The notes under the pieces are model-generated. The model was not told where the DNA came from and ran no database searches. It was given only the letters and a program-made list of their open reading frames with translations. 64,000 nucleotides of DNA from the NCBI GenBank assembly GCA_977017575.1, contig CDRNVI010000011.1, positions 1 through 64,000 on the forward strand, given 5' to 3'. A program made the position numbers and the translations under genes. Every line of letters starts with the position of its first letter. The stretch's first letter is position 1. Of the stretch, positions 18,565 to 29,089 are shown one piece after another. Source of the stretch: Paramoeba atlantica. Lineage: Eukaryota; Protista; Discosea.

Positions 18565-19782
18565 ATGGTTTTACTCAGCCGTTTCACACCTCCGTCAAGA
18601 GCGTGGCTCCCCCGTTGCACAAAACGAGTTCATTGTCCAAAACATTGCTCCCTGAGTGTAAATCCTTTGGTCCGAGACCATGCTCTCCTTACGACACAGT
18701 CTCGGACCATTTCTCCACCTCATGCCCTCCGAAACATTTACCCCATTTCATCCTTTCTTCTCTTTTCAAATGCTACTCGTAGAGCTCATTTCACCACAAC
18801 CCCCTTTCCTCTTCTCCACACCCAAAATTCTTTTTATGCCACATCCCGCACTTCTGCTCAGCCACAAGAAGATGAAAATGAAGAACAGGAATACGAAAAT
18901 GGAGAAGAAGAGGAAGAAGAACACGAAAATGCAAATTTAGCCGAATCTGACGCCGAATCTCCGATAACAAAATCAGCATCCTCATCCTCATCATCAAATA
19001 CACAAAAAAATATGCCCCACCCCACCCCCCCGATCTCCCGCCGTGTCTGCGCGCTCCACGGCAAAGAGCGCATTGCGGACAAAATGACCCACTGTGCCGT
19101 ATCCAACACATGGAAATGTAAACCCGGGAACGCCTGTCTGGTCGATACCCCCCACAAACGCCTCTCCCGCATCCCCCAGCAGCTCTGTGCGCTCCACGAC
19201 CGCATCCGACACGAACACTACTTGGAGTTTAACAACGAAAAGCAGCAATGGAACTGTAAACCGGAAAACGCCTGTTTGGTGTTCCAGCAACAAAGAAATG
19301 CGGAAAACAAAAGAGAGCACGACCCGATCGGGTTAGCCAAAGTGAAGCACACCTGTGCTGTGCACGGGAAATCACGATGGGTGAGTCACTTGAACTTCGA
19401 TGAGAATTCCAACACCTATGTGTGCCGGCAGGGGCTGACCTGTCGACTCCCCGGGGTGGGGGGAGGAGGGGGGGAGGGGAACGGGGAGGGGAAGACTCAC
19501 TCCAGTGACCTCACCAAAGGAGAAGACACCGAGCTGTGTACGACCCACAAGAAACAACGACGAAAGGACTATTTACGGTATGAGGAGGTGAGTAACACGT
19601 GGCACTGTGTTGCTCCTCAGGAATGTAAGGTCTCGAATCCACGGATTACGGTGCGACAGGTCTGTGTGGTCCATGGGAAGGAGCGCAGTGAGAATAATTT
19701 GGAAAAAAGGGAGACCGGGTGGAGGTGCCGGCCAGGGGTGGAGTGTCAGACTTCTAGAGTGGAAGAACAGGAGGGGGAGTAA
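18565..19782 (+). CDS. Hypothetical protein with 5 C-x2-H-x3-R...C-x5-C fingers, transit-peptide-like N-terminus
   Basis: CALHGKER, CALHDRIR, CAVHGKSR, CTTHKKQR, CVVHGKER, each followed by (W/Y)xC-x5-C. Confidence 0.8.
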   Translation: MVLLSRFTPPSRAWLPRCTKRVHCPKHCSLSVNPLVRDHALLTTQSRTISPPHALRNIYPISSFLLFSNATRRAHFTTTPFPLLHTQNSFYATSRTSAQPQEDENEEQEYENGEEEEEEHENANLAESDAESPITKSASSSSSSNTQKNMPHPTPPISRRVCALHGKERIADKMTHCAVSNTWKCKPGNACLVDTPHKRLSRIPQQLCALHDRIRHEHYLEFNNEKQQWNCKPENACLVFQQQRNAENKREHDPIGLAKVKHTCAVHGKSRWVSHLNFDENSNTYVCRQGLTCRLPGVGGGGGEGNGEGKTHSSDLTKGEDTELCTTHKKQRRKDYLRYEEVSNTWHCVAPQECKVSNPRITVRQVCVVHGKERSENNLEKRETGWRCRPGVECQTSRVEEQEGE

Positions 19783-20062
19783 AGGGAATAAACCGGGGTT
19801 GCACTCTTTTTGTACGCACAATGGAGTGAAGCTAATATTAAGTACAGATAGAGTGCTACAAAATCATGTAAACTAAAGCTAAAAAATGAGTAAGATCCGG
19901 GTCAACGCTTTTCGCTTTGGTATAGACTGTTTTTTTGTTTTTCATTTTACCAGTTTTACGTTCACCAATAGCAATTTTTCTTCTCAAGTAAAACTACGGC
20001 TTTAATACACGGTGTACCAATTTTCTGATCAAGTGCATATTTCTGTTTTCTTAGTTCCTTCG

Positions 20063-21082
20063 ATGGCACGCCTGGGTGACGCAGACCCTCGCTGGATTGT
20101 TGCTGACCGAACGGATGGCGCCAACGTAAATGAGTGGCACTGGGAGCAACGTGACAAGACAATGCACTGGAAGGAACACCTCGCTCAACAGTTCAAAGAT
20201 AGGGAGCTCTGTGCGTCGGATAGCTATGTGGTACAGGCTCATGAGTTAACCGCTTTTAACGGTGAGGTTACGGTCGCGAGCCGGAAAGGAAAGCCCATTT
20301 GTTTCTTTGAAATGAATTTTGAACTCAGCTGGAGTGTAAAATCGAAATCAGACGACAATGAACTCTTGAAGGGTAGATTCAAAATTGTCGATTGCGACAC
20401 ACAAAATTTTGAAGAGGAACACGAAATCCGCGTCACGAAAGCGGAATCCTCTGGTGGAGACGCAGAAGACGACATCCTTTCCTTTGTACGAAAAGAAGCC
20501 GTCCCTTGTCTGCGCGAAATGCTGAAACAGATCATTCGTAACGATCTAATGGGTGTGCAAAATCTACTAACACGGTCGTCGACGAATCGTGCAACGTGCG
20601 AAGCCGCAAAATCAACGACCAGTGAAGCTAAAGGAGGCGAACCATCGAAAGAGGAGAAGCTCCCAAATTCTACTTCACTCAAAATGCATTTAGTGTGGCA
20701 ATGTAGCCCGACAGAGGTTTATGAATGTCTCACGGAGCAGCGCAGAGTGAGTGCCTATACCCGAGCGCCTTGTCGTATTGATCCCCAGCCCGGGGGTGAG
20801 GTGTCTCTTCTGGATGGCGCGATGACCGGTAAAATCATAGAGGCAACCTCCCCGTGTAATGTGAAAATGCAACTCCGTATGAAATCCTGGGACCCGATCT
20901 CACCGGATTCAATGGTCCATATTAGGTTAAAGGAGAAGGAGGGGGAGGAAGGGAAAACTGTGATGGAATTCGAACACAGTGAATTTCCGTTCATGGAAAA
21001 AGAAAGGGTCTCACAAGGGTGGAAGAACGTTTTCTGGGAGGGCATGAAAAAGATGTTCGGGTACCACTATGAGCTTTCGTAG
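20063..21082 (+). CDS. AHA1: Activator of Hsp90 ATPase (AHA1)
   Basis: WIVADRTDGANVNEWHW, RKGKPICFFE, C-terminal START-like domain ending GWKNVFWEGMKKMFGY. Confidence 0.92.
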   Translation: MARLGDADPRWIVADRTDGANVNEWHWEQRDKTMHWKEHLAQQFKDRELCASDSYVVQAHELTAFNGEVTVASRKGKPICFFEMNFELSWSVKSKSDDNELLKGRFKIVDCDTQNFEEEHEIRVTKAESSGGDAEDDILSFVRKEAVPCLREMLKQIIRNDLMGVQNLLTRSSTNRATCEAAKSTTSEAKGGEPSKEEKLPNSTSLKMHLVWQCSPTEVYECLTEQRRVSAYTRAPCRIDPQPGGEVSLLDGAMTGKIIEATSPCNVKMQLRMKSWDPISPDSMVHIRLKEKEGEEGKTVMEFEHSEFPFMEKERVSQGWKNVFWEGMKKMFGYHYELS

Positions 21083-21459
21083 TTGTTGAAAAGAAGATTA
21101 CATGCACCTGTGCGCGCTGTCCTTATTGCATTTTCTTTTTATGATGCTGTGCGTTACTATTTTCAGCTTAAGAGTTAGTCTCGATGAACCACTGACTAAT
21201 GATGCAACAAAACGAAAAAAATGCACATTGATTATCCCAAATCATTCCTTTTTCTTTCCTTGTACGTTATGTAGAAACACAGGCGATACATCATACGAGA
21301 TCCACGTTAAAGAAAAATTTATCAGAAGACAAGGGAAAAACATTGTAAGGAGAAAAAATGATTTACTTTTCGGCTTTTCGTTGTGTGCCTCCGAATCATT
21401 TTCGTTAGAAGACAAAATCACTGAGTCTCATTCCTACCTTATTTCCTGTAATCTCCCCC

Positions 21460-22377
21460 ATGGACACACCCTCTTCCTCCCCTGCCACTCTCTTCTTTAA
21501 CAACTTCACCCCCTCCACCCCGGAATCTCTACTTCTCCGTGCCTTCCAGGAATTCGGACCCGTCAAACGGCTTCACCTTAAAAAGAACCCCGACGGCGAG
21601 TTGCTCGGGTACGGATTTTGTGAGTACACCGACGGAACCTCTGCGGCCTGCGCGCAGCAGGGACTTCAAAATCGAGTGATTAACGGCAAGCCTCTTCGTG
21701 TGGAAATCTCACATCGTTCTTCGTTAGCCTCCCGTCGATCGTCTTCTTATTCTTCTGCTTCCCTTCCCTCTCTGTGGGGTAGACCGCTCAAAGGATTTGC
21801 ATCTCCATCGAATAAAATTAATTCATATAAAATTGATCCCATTCTCCAATGTTTATCACAACTTCCACAAGAGCAAGTGCAGGAGAGCATTGCACAGCTA
21901 AGGAGTCTGGCCAGAGAACAGCCGCAATTAGCCACTTCCTTATTTCAGGAGAATCCGGCACTTGCTTATGCTGTGCTGTGTGTGATGGAAAATATGCACC
22001 CCTCGAGCGTTCCGGAAAATGGGTGGCCGGAAGAAGCGTTTGTGCAACTCTCGGTAGGAAACACAGCCGGGAGGGAGAGGGAACAGAATCGAGATAAAAG
22101 AGAGAATCTTGTACTGAGTACAACTGTTACGATGCACACCAGTGAGGGGAGAGAACGGGCAGAAAGTGAAAAAAGAACTGGACCCCCTCCTATGAAAAAG
22201 GAGAAGTTAGTTCATCCACCCGATCACACAAATAGTGCTGAACGTGCTCTCCTGAAGGGGATGACCCCAAAACAACGGGAAAAGATTCAGTCACTAACGG
22301 ACGCACAGCTACAGCAAATACCATCAGAGAAAAGAGATAAGATTATTCGGCTACGCGAGCTGTTGCGACCGGAATAA
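21460..22377 (+). CDS. CSTF2: Cleavage stimulation factor 64-like (RRM + hinge + C-terminal domain)
   Basis: RRM with GYGFCEY, hinge region (LFQENPALAYAVL), C-terminal LTDAQLQQIPSEKRDKIIRLRE. Confidence 0.8.
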   Translation: MDTPSSSPATLFFNNFTPSTPESLLLRAFQEFGPVKRLHLKKNPDGELLGYGFCEYTDGTSAACAQQGLQNRVINGKPLRVEISHRSSLASRRSSSYSSASLPSLWGRPLKGFASPSNKINSYKIDPILQCLSQLPQEQVQESIAQLRSLAREQPQLATSLFQENPALAYAVLCVMENMHPSSVPENGWPEEAFVQLSVGNTAGREREQNRDKRENLVLSTTVTMHTSEGRERAESEKRTGPPPMKKEKLVHPPDHTNSAERALLKGMTPKQREKIQSLTDAQLQQIPSEKRDKIIRLRELLRPE

Positions 22378-22743
22378 ACACATGTGGTGTTGTGAACGCT
22401 TCGTACAAACTTCTGCGAGCGCCTCCGTACAAGATCTTTTGCACATGTAGATCATTTACATATAAAAAGGATTACTTCTACAGTAGATGTATGAGTTCAA
22501 CACATTGCGGGATTAGCTTTCATTAAATCTTTTGGAATGATGTAACTTTACACTACAACTGCGTTATACATAAACCAAACCTTGCATACTAAACAACTGT
22601 TACATTTTATCTTAGACAGACTGTAGGAACTCTCTCCAATGTACAATGTGTATTTCGGTGGATCACTTTTTAGCTCACGAATTGGTTGAAGGTTGCCACA
22701 CACTCAATCCTGTACTATAATATAGGTTCTCCTTCTCTAACCG

Positions 22744-24723
22744 ATGTCCAACTTTTCCGTTACACGAAGCGCACCCAGCAGAGGCCTACAAATCGTGGAT
22801 AACCTTTTCCTAACCTCCAGAAGAACACTGGAGTCTACTCGAGCCCGCTACTCTCAAGCGGCCCATGCCTACCGCTCCGGGAGAACCAAAATACTCAGTC
22901 CCTTCACCTCCATCGCCCCACGCTATATGCCTCTGCTCTACACTACAGGCATCAGCCAGTGGTGTATTATTCACGGCTCGATGCATCATGCCCTGCATCG
23001 GGTACTGGCGAACGTGCACTGCTGCAGTCCAGATCAGCCCTGCGCGTATCACACGAATCATAACATCCGTGCGCCTCCCTCTCCTACTCACTCCTCTCGA
23101 CGGTTTATCTCCAACATAGAGGCGAAACATAAATATAGAATTAACGAAAAAAACGGACCTGTGATTGGCCCAGAAGTAAATCAAAGAGAAAAGGAGTGGA
23201 ACCGTGCAGAGCGTACAGATGTAAGTTTCGATGAGATATCCCTGCCGAATGGTAAAGAAGTACGAAAGGAGGAGAATTCTTCTTCCGACTTTCCTCAAAA
23301 TAGGCCACAAAGCATAGAAAGGAACGATGTTTGCAAAAATAGTCAGAAGGGACACTATGAGATCGACAAAGCATGTTCTCAAAACGGGGCTATTCAGAAA
23401 AGCACTACCGCACCGAAAGATTCCTCATCACAAGATGAAATGGACGTGGAATGCTTCATTCGTTTTACCCCACACGATGACAAGGCAAGTGGCACATTAA
23501 GGGAGAAATATGACATGAGGTGTCGAAAGGGATTCAACTGTACTGGGCTGGACAGGGAGACTAACCTCCTGACACCAAATCGTGTAGAGGCACCGAGTCG
23601 TATAGAGACTCAACCTCAATTGAAAAAGAACGAATGTGAAAGGGAACTGTGTTTTGTACACAAACGATTGAGACGTGTTGAATATTTGACCACTATGTGG
23701 GGAAAAACGGAAGAAACCCTTAAAAAAGGTGAGAAATTCCTCTTCAGGTGTCGGAAGGGTCAGACCTGCACCTCACGTGAACATCGAACTACCCGGGAGG
23801 CGGGCGAGACTGAGACGAATAGTGCGAAGGAAGCTAATATCCCTGCTTCATCGTCCTCTTTGACGAGTGAACGTAAATCGGAACATCCGCGTCCGAACGT
23901 CGGCCAATGTTTTATTCATAAGATAAAGCGCCCCGTGTCTTCTCTTCGTCGAGACCCAGAGTTGAACTGGAGGTACCGGTGCACGTCCGACGCTTGCTGC
24001 AGTAAATCGTGCGAAACTGAGAAAAAAAACACGAAAGAAGTGGATATCTCATTTTCTTCATCACCCTCTTTGAAGAGCGAACCTAAATCGGCACATCGCC
24101 AAGAGACAGAATCTCAATTGAAAAAGAACGAATGCGAAAGGGAACTGTGTTTTGTACACAAACGATTGAGACGTGTTGAATATTTGACTACTATGTGGGG
24201 AAAAACGGAAGAAACCCTTAAAAAGGGTGAGAAGCTCCTCTTCAGGTGTCGGAAGGGTCAGACCTGCACCTCACGTGAACATCGAACTACTCAGGAGGCG
24301 GTCGAGACTGAGACTAATACTGCGAAAGAAGCGAATAGCTCTTTATCATCATCCCCCTCGACGAGTGAACGTAAATCGGAACATCCGCGTCCGAACGTCG
24401 GCCAATGTTTTATTCATAAGATAAAGCGCCCTGTGTCTTCTCTTCGTCGAGACCCAGAGTTGAACTGGAGGTACCGGTGCACTTCCGATGCTTGCTGCAG
24501 TAAATCGTGCGAAACTGAGAGGGAAGCCACGAAAGACGCAAAAGTCCCTCTGACATCGTCCTCCTTGAATATGGAACGTAAGTCGGAACATCGGCGGCCG
24601 AACGTCGGCCAGTGTTGTATTCACATGATAAAGCGCCCCGTGGCTTGTCTTCGTCGAGATCCAAAGTTCAACTGGAGGTATCGGTGCACGTCCGATTCTT
24701 GCTGTAGTGAGTTGCCAAAATAG
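22744..24723 (+). CDS. Hypothetical protein with 5 C-x2-H-x3-R fingers and an internal ~500-bp duplication
   Basis: CFVHKRLR..FRCRKGQTC x2, CFIHKIKR..YRCTSDACC x2, CCIHMIKR..; repeat starts near 23614 and 24112. Confidence 0.8.
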   Translation: MSNFSVTRSAPSRGLQIVDNLFLTSRRTLESTRARYSQAAHAYRSGRTKILSPFTSIAPRYMPLLYTTGISQWCIIHGSMHHALHRVLANVHCCSPDQPCAYHTNHNIRAPPSPTHSSRRFISNIEAKHKYRINEKNGPVIGPEVNQREKEWNRAERTDVSFDEISLPNGKEVRKEENSSSDFPQNRPQSIERNDVCKNSQKGHYEIDKACSQNGAIQKSTTAPKDSSSQDEMDVECFIRFTPHDDKASGTLREKYDMRCRKGFNCTGLDRETNLLTPNRVEAPSRIETQPQLKKNECERELCFVHKRLRRVEYLTTMWGKTEETLKKGEKFLFRCRKGQTCTSREHRTTREAGETETNSAKEANIPASSSSLTSERKSEHPRPNVGQCFIHKIKRPVSSLRRDPELNWRYRCTSDACCSKSCETEKKNTKEVDISFSSSPSLKSEPKSAHRQETESQLKKNECERELCFVHKRLRRVEYLTTMWGKTEETLKKGEKLLFRCRKGQTCTSREHRTTQEAVETETNTAKEANSSLSSSPSTSERKSEHPRPNVGQCFIHKIKRPVSSLRRDPELNWRYRCTSDACCSKSCETEREATKDAKVPLTSSSLNMERKSEHRRPNVGQCCIHMIKRPVACLRRDPKFNWRYRCTSDSCCSELPK

Positions 24724-25042
24724 TGTACGGCATCGCAAAAGATACTGAATACACTGTATACGAAAATAGACTTCAGAAAAAAGGAAAAAAAGGTTTCCAT
24801 CTCAGTCAAAAAAACACGTCTGTATCAGACACTATAGGAAAACGAACAACGATCCCCATTTCTTTTTATCTTAGCTTCTCATCTTGCGTTTTTAGCTTAG
24901 TGACCCACACTTCCTTTTTTATCCCCAAGTTCCCTCATCTCTCCTCTCTTCTTCTCTCAATCTTCCACGCCCTCTCACACCCTTTCTCTCCATTTTATCC
25001 TCCTTTCTTTCCTGTATTCTTCGTCTCCCCTTCCCCCCTCTC

Positions 25043-25786
25043 ATGGCCTCTCCCTCCCCTCTCCTTTTCCTACACAACCCCAACGCTCTGGTGGCCTTTA
25101 TGGACGACGACGGACCTCCACCCCATCCCTCCCCTCCCCTGCGTCTCTCCTTCCCCTCCCGGTCCCCCCCTACCCTTGAACTTCTCAACGATTCGCATCC
25201 CATCGCTGAATCCAACACACAAGTAAATATTAAAACATTTGATTCAAAAACGAAACAAATAAACAATAGAAATATAGAAAATCAAAAGGAAAAGCTCGAG
25301 CCTCAAATTACCATGCGCTGGCGTCTACGCGCTGTGGAGAATGGATTGGTGAAAAACAAACTGCTTGCCATGGCGATGGAGGGTGAAGTCGGGAGTCGTT
25401 CGGGGCTACGGGATAGAGACGAAAGGGTGGTCCATTCACCACAATTACAATCTTGTTCGGTGGTTTATCTCGCCTACCCGTGGTTTCCTGAACCCATACA
25501 AAACGCCTCGATACGGCAAAGTCGGGAGGCGAAACTGACCACCGTGGAGAGTGCAGTAGAGCGACGACAGCAACAGAAAAGGGCGGATTTCGGAGAGGTC
25601 GCCACGGTTACACACAACGCACGAGTGGTGCCTACCGCGGAGGAACGAGAGGCCGCGGATGCCCGGGAGCTGGAGAAACGAAGTCGTAGGTTACGACGAA
25701 AGCCCGCCCCAGTGGGGGGGAAGGAAGAGAACGGGACCTGCGAAAAACAGGAAACGGTGTTGCAAAAAAGTGAAAATGGGGAATGA
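25043..25786 (+). CDS. Hypothetical protein (247 aa)
   Basis: Open frame on the cluster strand; no recognised domain. Confidence 0.5.
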   Translation: MASPSPLLFLHNPNALVAFMDDDGPPPHPSPPLRLSFPSRSPPTLELLNDSHPIAESNTQVNIKTFDSKTKQINNRNIENQKEKLEPQITMRWRLRAVENGLVKNKLLAMAMEGEVGSRSGLRDRDERVVHSPQLQSCSVVYLAYPWFPEPIQNASIRQSREAKLTTVESAVERRQQQKRADFGEVATVTHNARVVPTAEEREAADARELEKRSRRLRRKPAPVGGKEENGTCEKQETVLQKSENGE

Positions 25787-26124
25787 GGAGATCTGAATAA
25801 GGGGACGACGATGGGGGAAACGGTGATAGAAAAAAAGATTAAACTGCGGCATGTCGTCTACATTTGTGGAGGAAAACGGCACGAACCGCTGTAATCATCA
25901 TGTGGTGACTAGCTACCTTGCTAGCTAAGCGAATCCTACCTAGAAGGAACCTAAACGACCTCTCGTTGGGTGGGCAGACTTCTAAGTGTGTGCATTGAGT
26001 ATAAGATACGAATCTTTATGTACATTGTATTGACTATGTACATTGAATCAATCCCTACTCACCCTCTCTTGATTTTTGTATCAGGATCATTCTTCAATCC
26101 ATCTCCTAATAGATTCCGAGCTCT

Positions 26125-28452
26125 ATGCAATTGGCTCATCTACTTGATGAAGGTACCGCACCGCCTCATAAGAGGCGTAGAACGGCACGTACAAACTCTT
26201 CTAATGCGCTACGATTCACATCACCTCATGGACGCATCGGAGGGCAACGCCTTCCTGAGGAGTATGATCTCGACCGACTTCTTAAGAACGTCTCCCAAAG
26301 ACATGAGTCGTGGAGCACACACATTTCTCTTTCTCAGTGGCAAGGAGTGGTATGCGGGGGGAACGTCAACGTACTTGATATTAAGTGGCCCGGGATGGGC
26401 CTAAGTGGTACACTTCAAACAGAGTATCTTCCCATCGGTCTTCAAGAACTCGATCTGTCTGGAAATCGATTGTCAGGGAATTTCCCTCTCAACAGCCTAC
26501 CTCCGTCCATCACGCACTTGAATATCCCAAACAACTGTTTTGGTGGTTCACTATACCTTGAAGCCGCTCCTGCCAGCATGGTGTTTATAAACGTGTCCTG
26601 CAACAATTTCTCCGGTGAAATTACATTTGCAAACACGTGGATTCATTTGCATACTCTTCAGCTTAACAACAACAATCTGAATGGAACACTTGATTTTCAT
26701 GCTTTACCGTCGTCGCTTCAGAATCTTTTCATTCAAAAAAATTTCTTTTCTGGTACGCTGCCGTTTGACGCCCTTCCATCAAGTTTACGTCAATTTAGGG
26801 CAAGAAAAAATTTGTTTGAAGGTGAAGCAGATTTTCCTCATCTCCCTCTTGGTCTTCATGCTATTGATGTGTCCCATAATAAACTTTCTGGAAAGATTCA
26901 ACTTGATACACTGTCCCCTCATCTAAGGGGCATTGAAGCGGGGCACAATCATTTTTATGGTGACCTGCACGTCGCAAATCTCCCACCTGATTTACACCAT
27001 CTGATGCTCTCAGATAATGCATTGTCTGGTTCGTTGCAACTTGGTGCTAACTTCCCTCCTACAGTCAAGGCAATTGATTTATCCACCAATCGATTTACGG
27101 GTTCAATTGATTTTAATCCCCCTTTCCAAAATTTAGAAATTTTACGACTCTCGAACAATACGTTTTCTGAGATGATTGGAGTTGTGCATCCGTATTCCGG
27201 CTTCGTTGAGATTGGTCTTGATAACAACACATTCACTGGAAACTGGGATCTGACAACACTTCCCGATTCCTTGCTATATCTCTATCTAAATGATAACAAA
27301 TTTAGCGGGAACGTGGATCTTACGATGCTACCGCAGTCTTTGATTATTCTGAACTTGTCAGCAAATCGATTTTCTGGGTCCATTCATTTGTCTCATCTTC
27401 CTCATGGCATTGAAGACGTAGACCTTGGCGAAAACTGCTTTGATTCTAATATCTATCTTTCCCAACTTCCGAACACACTGAAGAGCCTTTACTTGCAAGA
27501 TAATAACTTGATTGGTGACGTCCGACTCGAGTTTAAACTTCCTAATCTTGAATATTTGGATCTAGCCAATAACTCATTTACTGGACAGCTTAAGTTTCAT
27601 TGTTTGACACCTACGCTACGCAAGCTTCGACTGAGTAGAAATAGATTCAATGGTTCCGTAGACCTATCTGCACTCCCAAACAATATTTACTACTTATCGT
27701 TAGGCTTGAATGAACTTTCAGATGCCCTTTCCCTGGAACAGCTTCCACGAAGTTTGAAGTACGTGCACTTAAACGATAATTTATTTACGGGGACGCTTGA
27801 TTTCTCGCAATTGCCGACGGAAATTATATTTCTGCAGCTTCATAACAATCGACTTGGTGGGAAGCTTTCTTTTTCTAACCTCCCGATTACTCTAACAAAC
27901 TTAAATCTCAGCGGAAACCAGTTTATAGATGAAGTACATCTTCACAGCATTCCATACGCCAGCCGTTTGACAGAACTATTAGTGCAACGCAACAACTTCA
28001 CTGGTCCTGTTACATTAGCTCATCTTCCTTCACTTTTACGAACCTTGAATCTGGCGAACAATCAGTTTTCCGGCGTTCTTGAAACTTCCAACCTTTCTTT
28101 ATCGCTAAGCAATCTTACTCTTTCTCACAATTCATTTTCTAGAAGTCTTGACTTTTCTAACCTGCCGAGAAATCTAAAGGAACTCCGTGCAAGTCACAAC
28201 CATCTCGATACCATCTCAAATTGGGACGCAATGCCCACCGACATGCAGGTCATTGAGCTGGATCACAATCGAATTTCTGACATCTCCAAAGAAATTACTT
28301 TACCCCCTAAACTAGAGAACTTAACTTTGAGCCATAACAAGCTTTCAAGCATGCCAACTTTTCTTTCGATTCCTCAGACGCTTCATGAGATAGATTTGAG
28401 TGGAAATGATATTGAGGCACAGATAGGTCAGAACAAAACAATTTTGGTTTGA
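26125..28452 (+). CDS. Leucine-rich repeat protein (about 30 repeats, plant-type N-cap WQGVVC)
   Basis: Repeated LPxxLxxLxLxxNxFxG units. Confidence 0.92.
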   Translation: MQLAHLLDEGTAPPHKRRRTARTNSSNALRFTSPHGRIGGQRLPEEYDLDRLLKNVSQRHESWSTHISLSQWQGVVCGGNVNVLDIKWPGMGLSGTLQTEYLPIGLQELDLSGNRLSGNFPLNSLPPSITHLNIPNNCFGGSLYLEAAPASMVFINVSCNNFSGEITFANTWIHLHTLQLNNNNLNGTLDFHALPSSLQNLFIQKNFFSGTLPFDALPSSLRQFRARKNLFEGEADFPHLPLGLHAIDVSHNKLSGKIQLDTLSPHLRGIEAGHNHFYGDLHVANLPPDLHHLMLSDNALSGSLQLGANFPPTVKAIDLSTNRFTGSIDFNPPFQNLEILRLSNNTFSEMIGVVHPYSGFVEIGLDNNTFTGNWDLTTLPDSLLYLYLNDNKFSGNVDLTMLPQSLIILNLSANRFSGSIHLSHLPHGIEDVDLGENCFDSNIYLSQLPNTLKSLYLQDNNLIGDVRLEFKLPNLEYLDLANNSFTGQLKFHCLTPTLRKLRLSRNRFNGSVDLSALPNNIYYLSLGLNELSDALSLEQLPRSLKYVHLNDNLFTGTLDFSQLPTEIIFLQLHNNRLGGKLSFSNLPITLTNLNLSGNQFIDEVHLHSIPYASRLTELLVQRNNFTGPVTLAHLPSLLRTLNLANNQFSGVLETSNLSLSLSNLTLSHNSFSRSLDFSNLPRNLKELRASHNHLDTISNWDAMPTDMQVIELDHNRISDISKEITLPPKLENLTLSHNKLSSMPTFLSIPQTLHEIDLSGNDIEAQIGQNKTILV

Positions 28453-29089
28453 TCTATCATGATAACGCATTATAAACCAATCTTGCACATTGATCTAGCA
28501 CATTGATACTCCACTGTGTCTCTTGGGGAACCACAACATGCTTTATGTAGATTTTGTGTATCCTGTAAGATCCAAGCGCGTGGTAGACGAGAAACGCTTC
28601 ACTCGCGGGGTATTACGGGCATGCATATTCGACAAACGTAGTGCCGATATGCAAGTATTTCAGTGTGTCTCTTTTAATGTATTTTTTTACCTATGCATAC
28701 AGACTCCCGGAAGCGTGCATTAGTAATTCGAATTATATGTAGAATCGAACTATATGTGAATTGAGTTATAATGGAAACTATAGTATTATAGGAACATACA
28801 AAACGAAAAATATCCAAAACGAAAAATTTATTATAAATTTTTATTATATTGTTCTACATATTTTTTCTTCGGATTGGTTCACGTTCGTGAACAATCAAGC
28901 GTTTTTCAACCAAGTTATTATGCACTACAAGTTTTTACAAACTTTACAATAGGAAAGCCCTTTCATCACTGACTTTTTCTTAGCATCGCTATGTCATGCA
29001 TTACTTTCTTCCCACGTTAACTAAAACAGAAATCATTCTGTAAGTGCAAATCACAAAGCCCACTGTAACCGTTCATCTGATTTGGTCTA

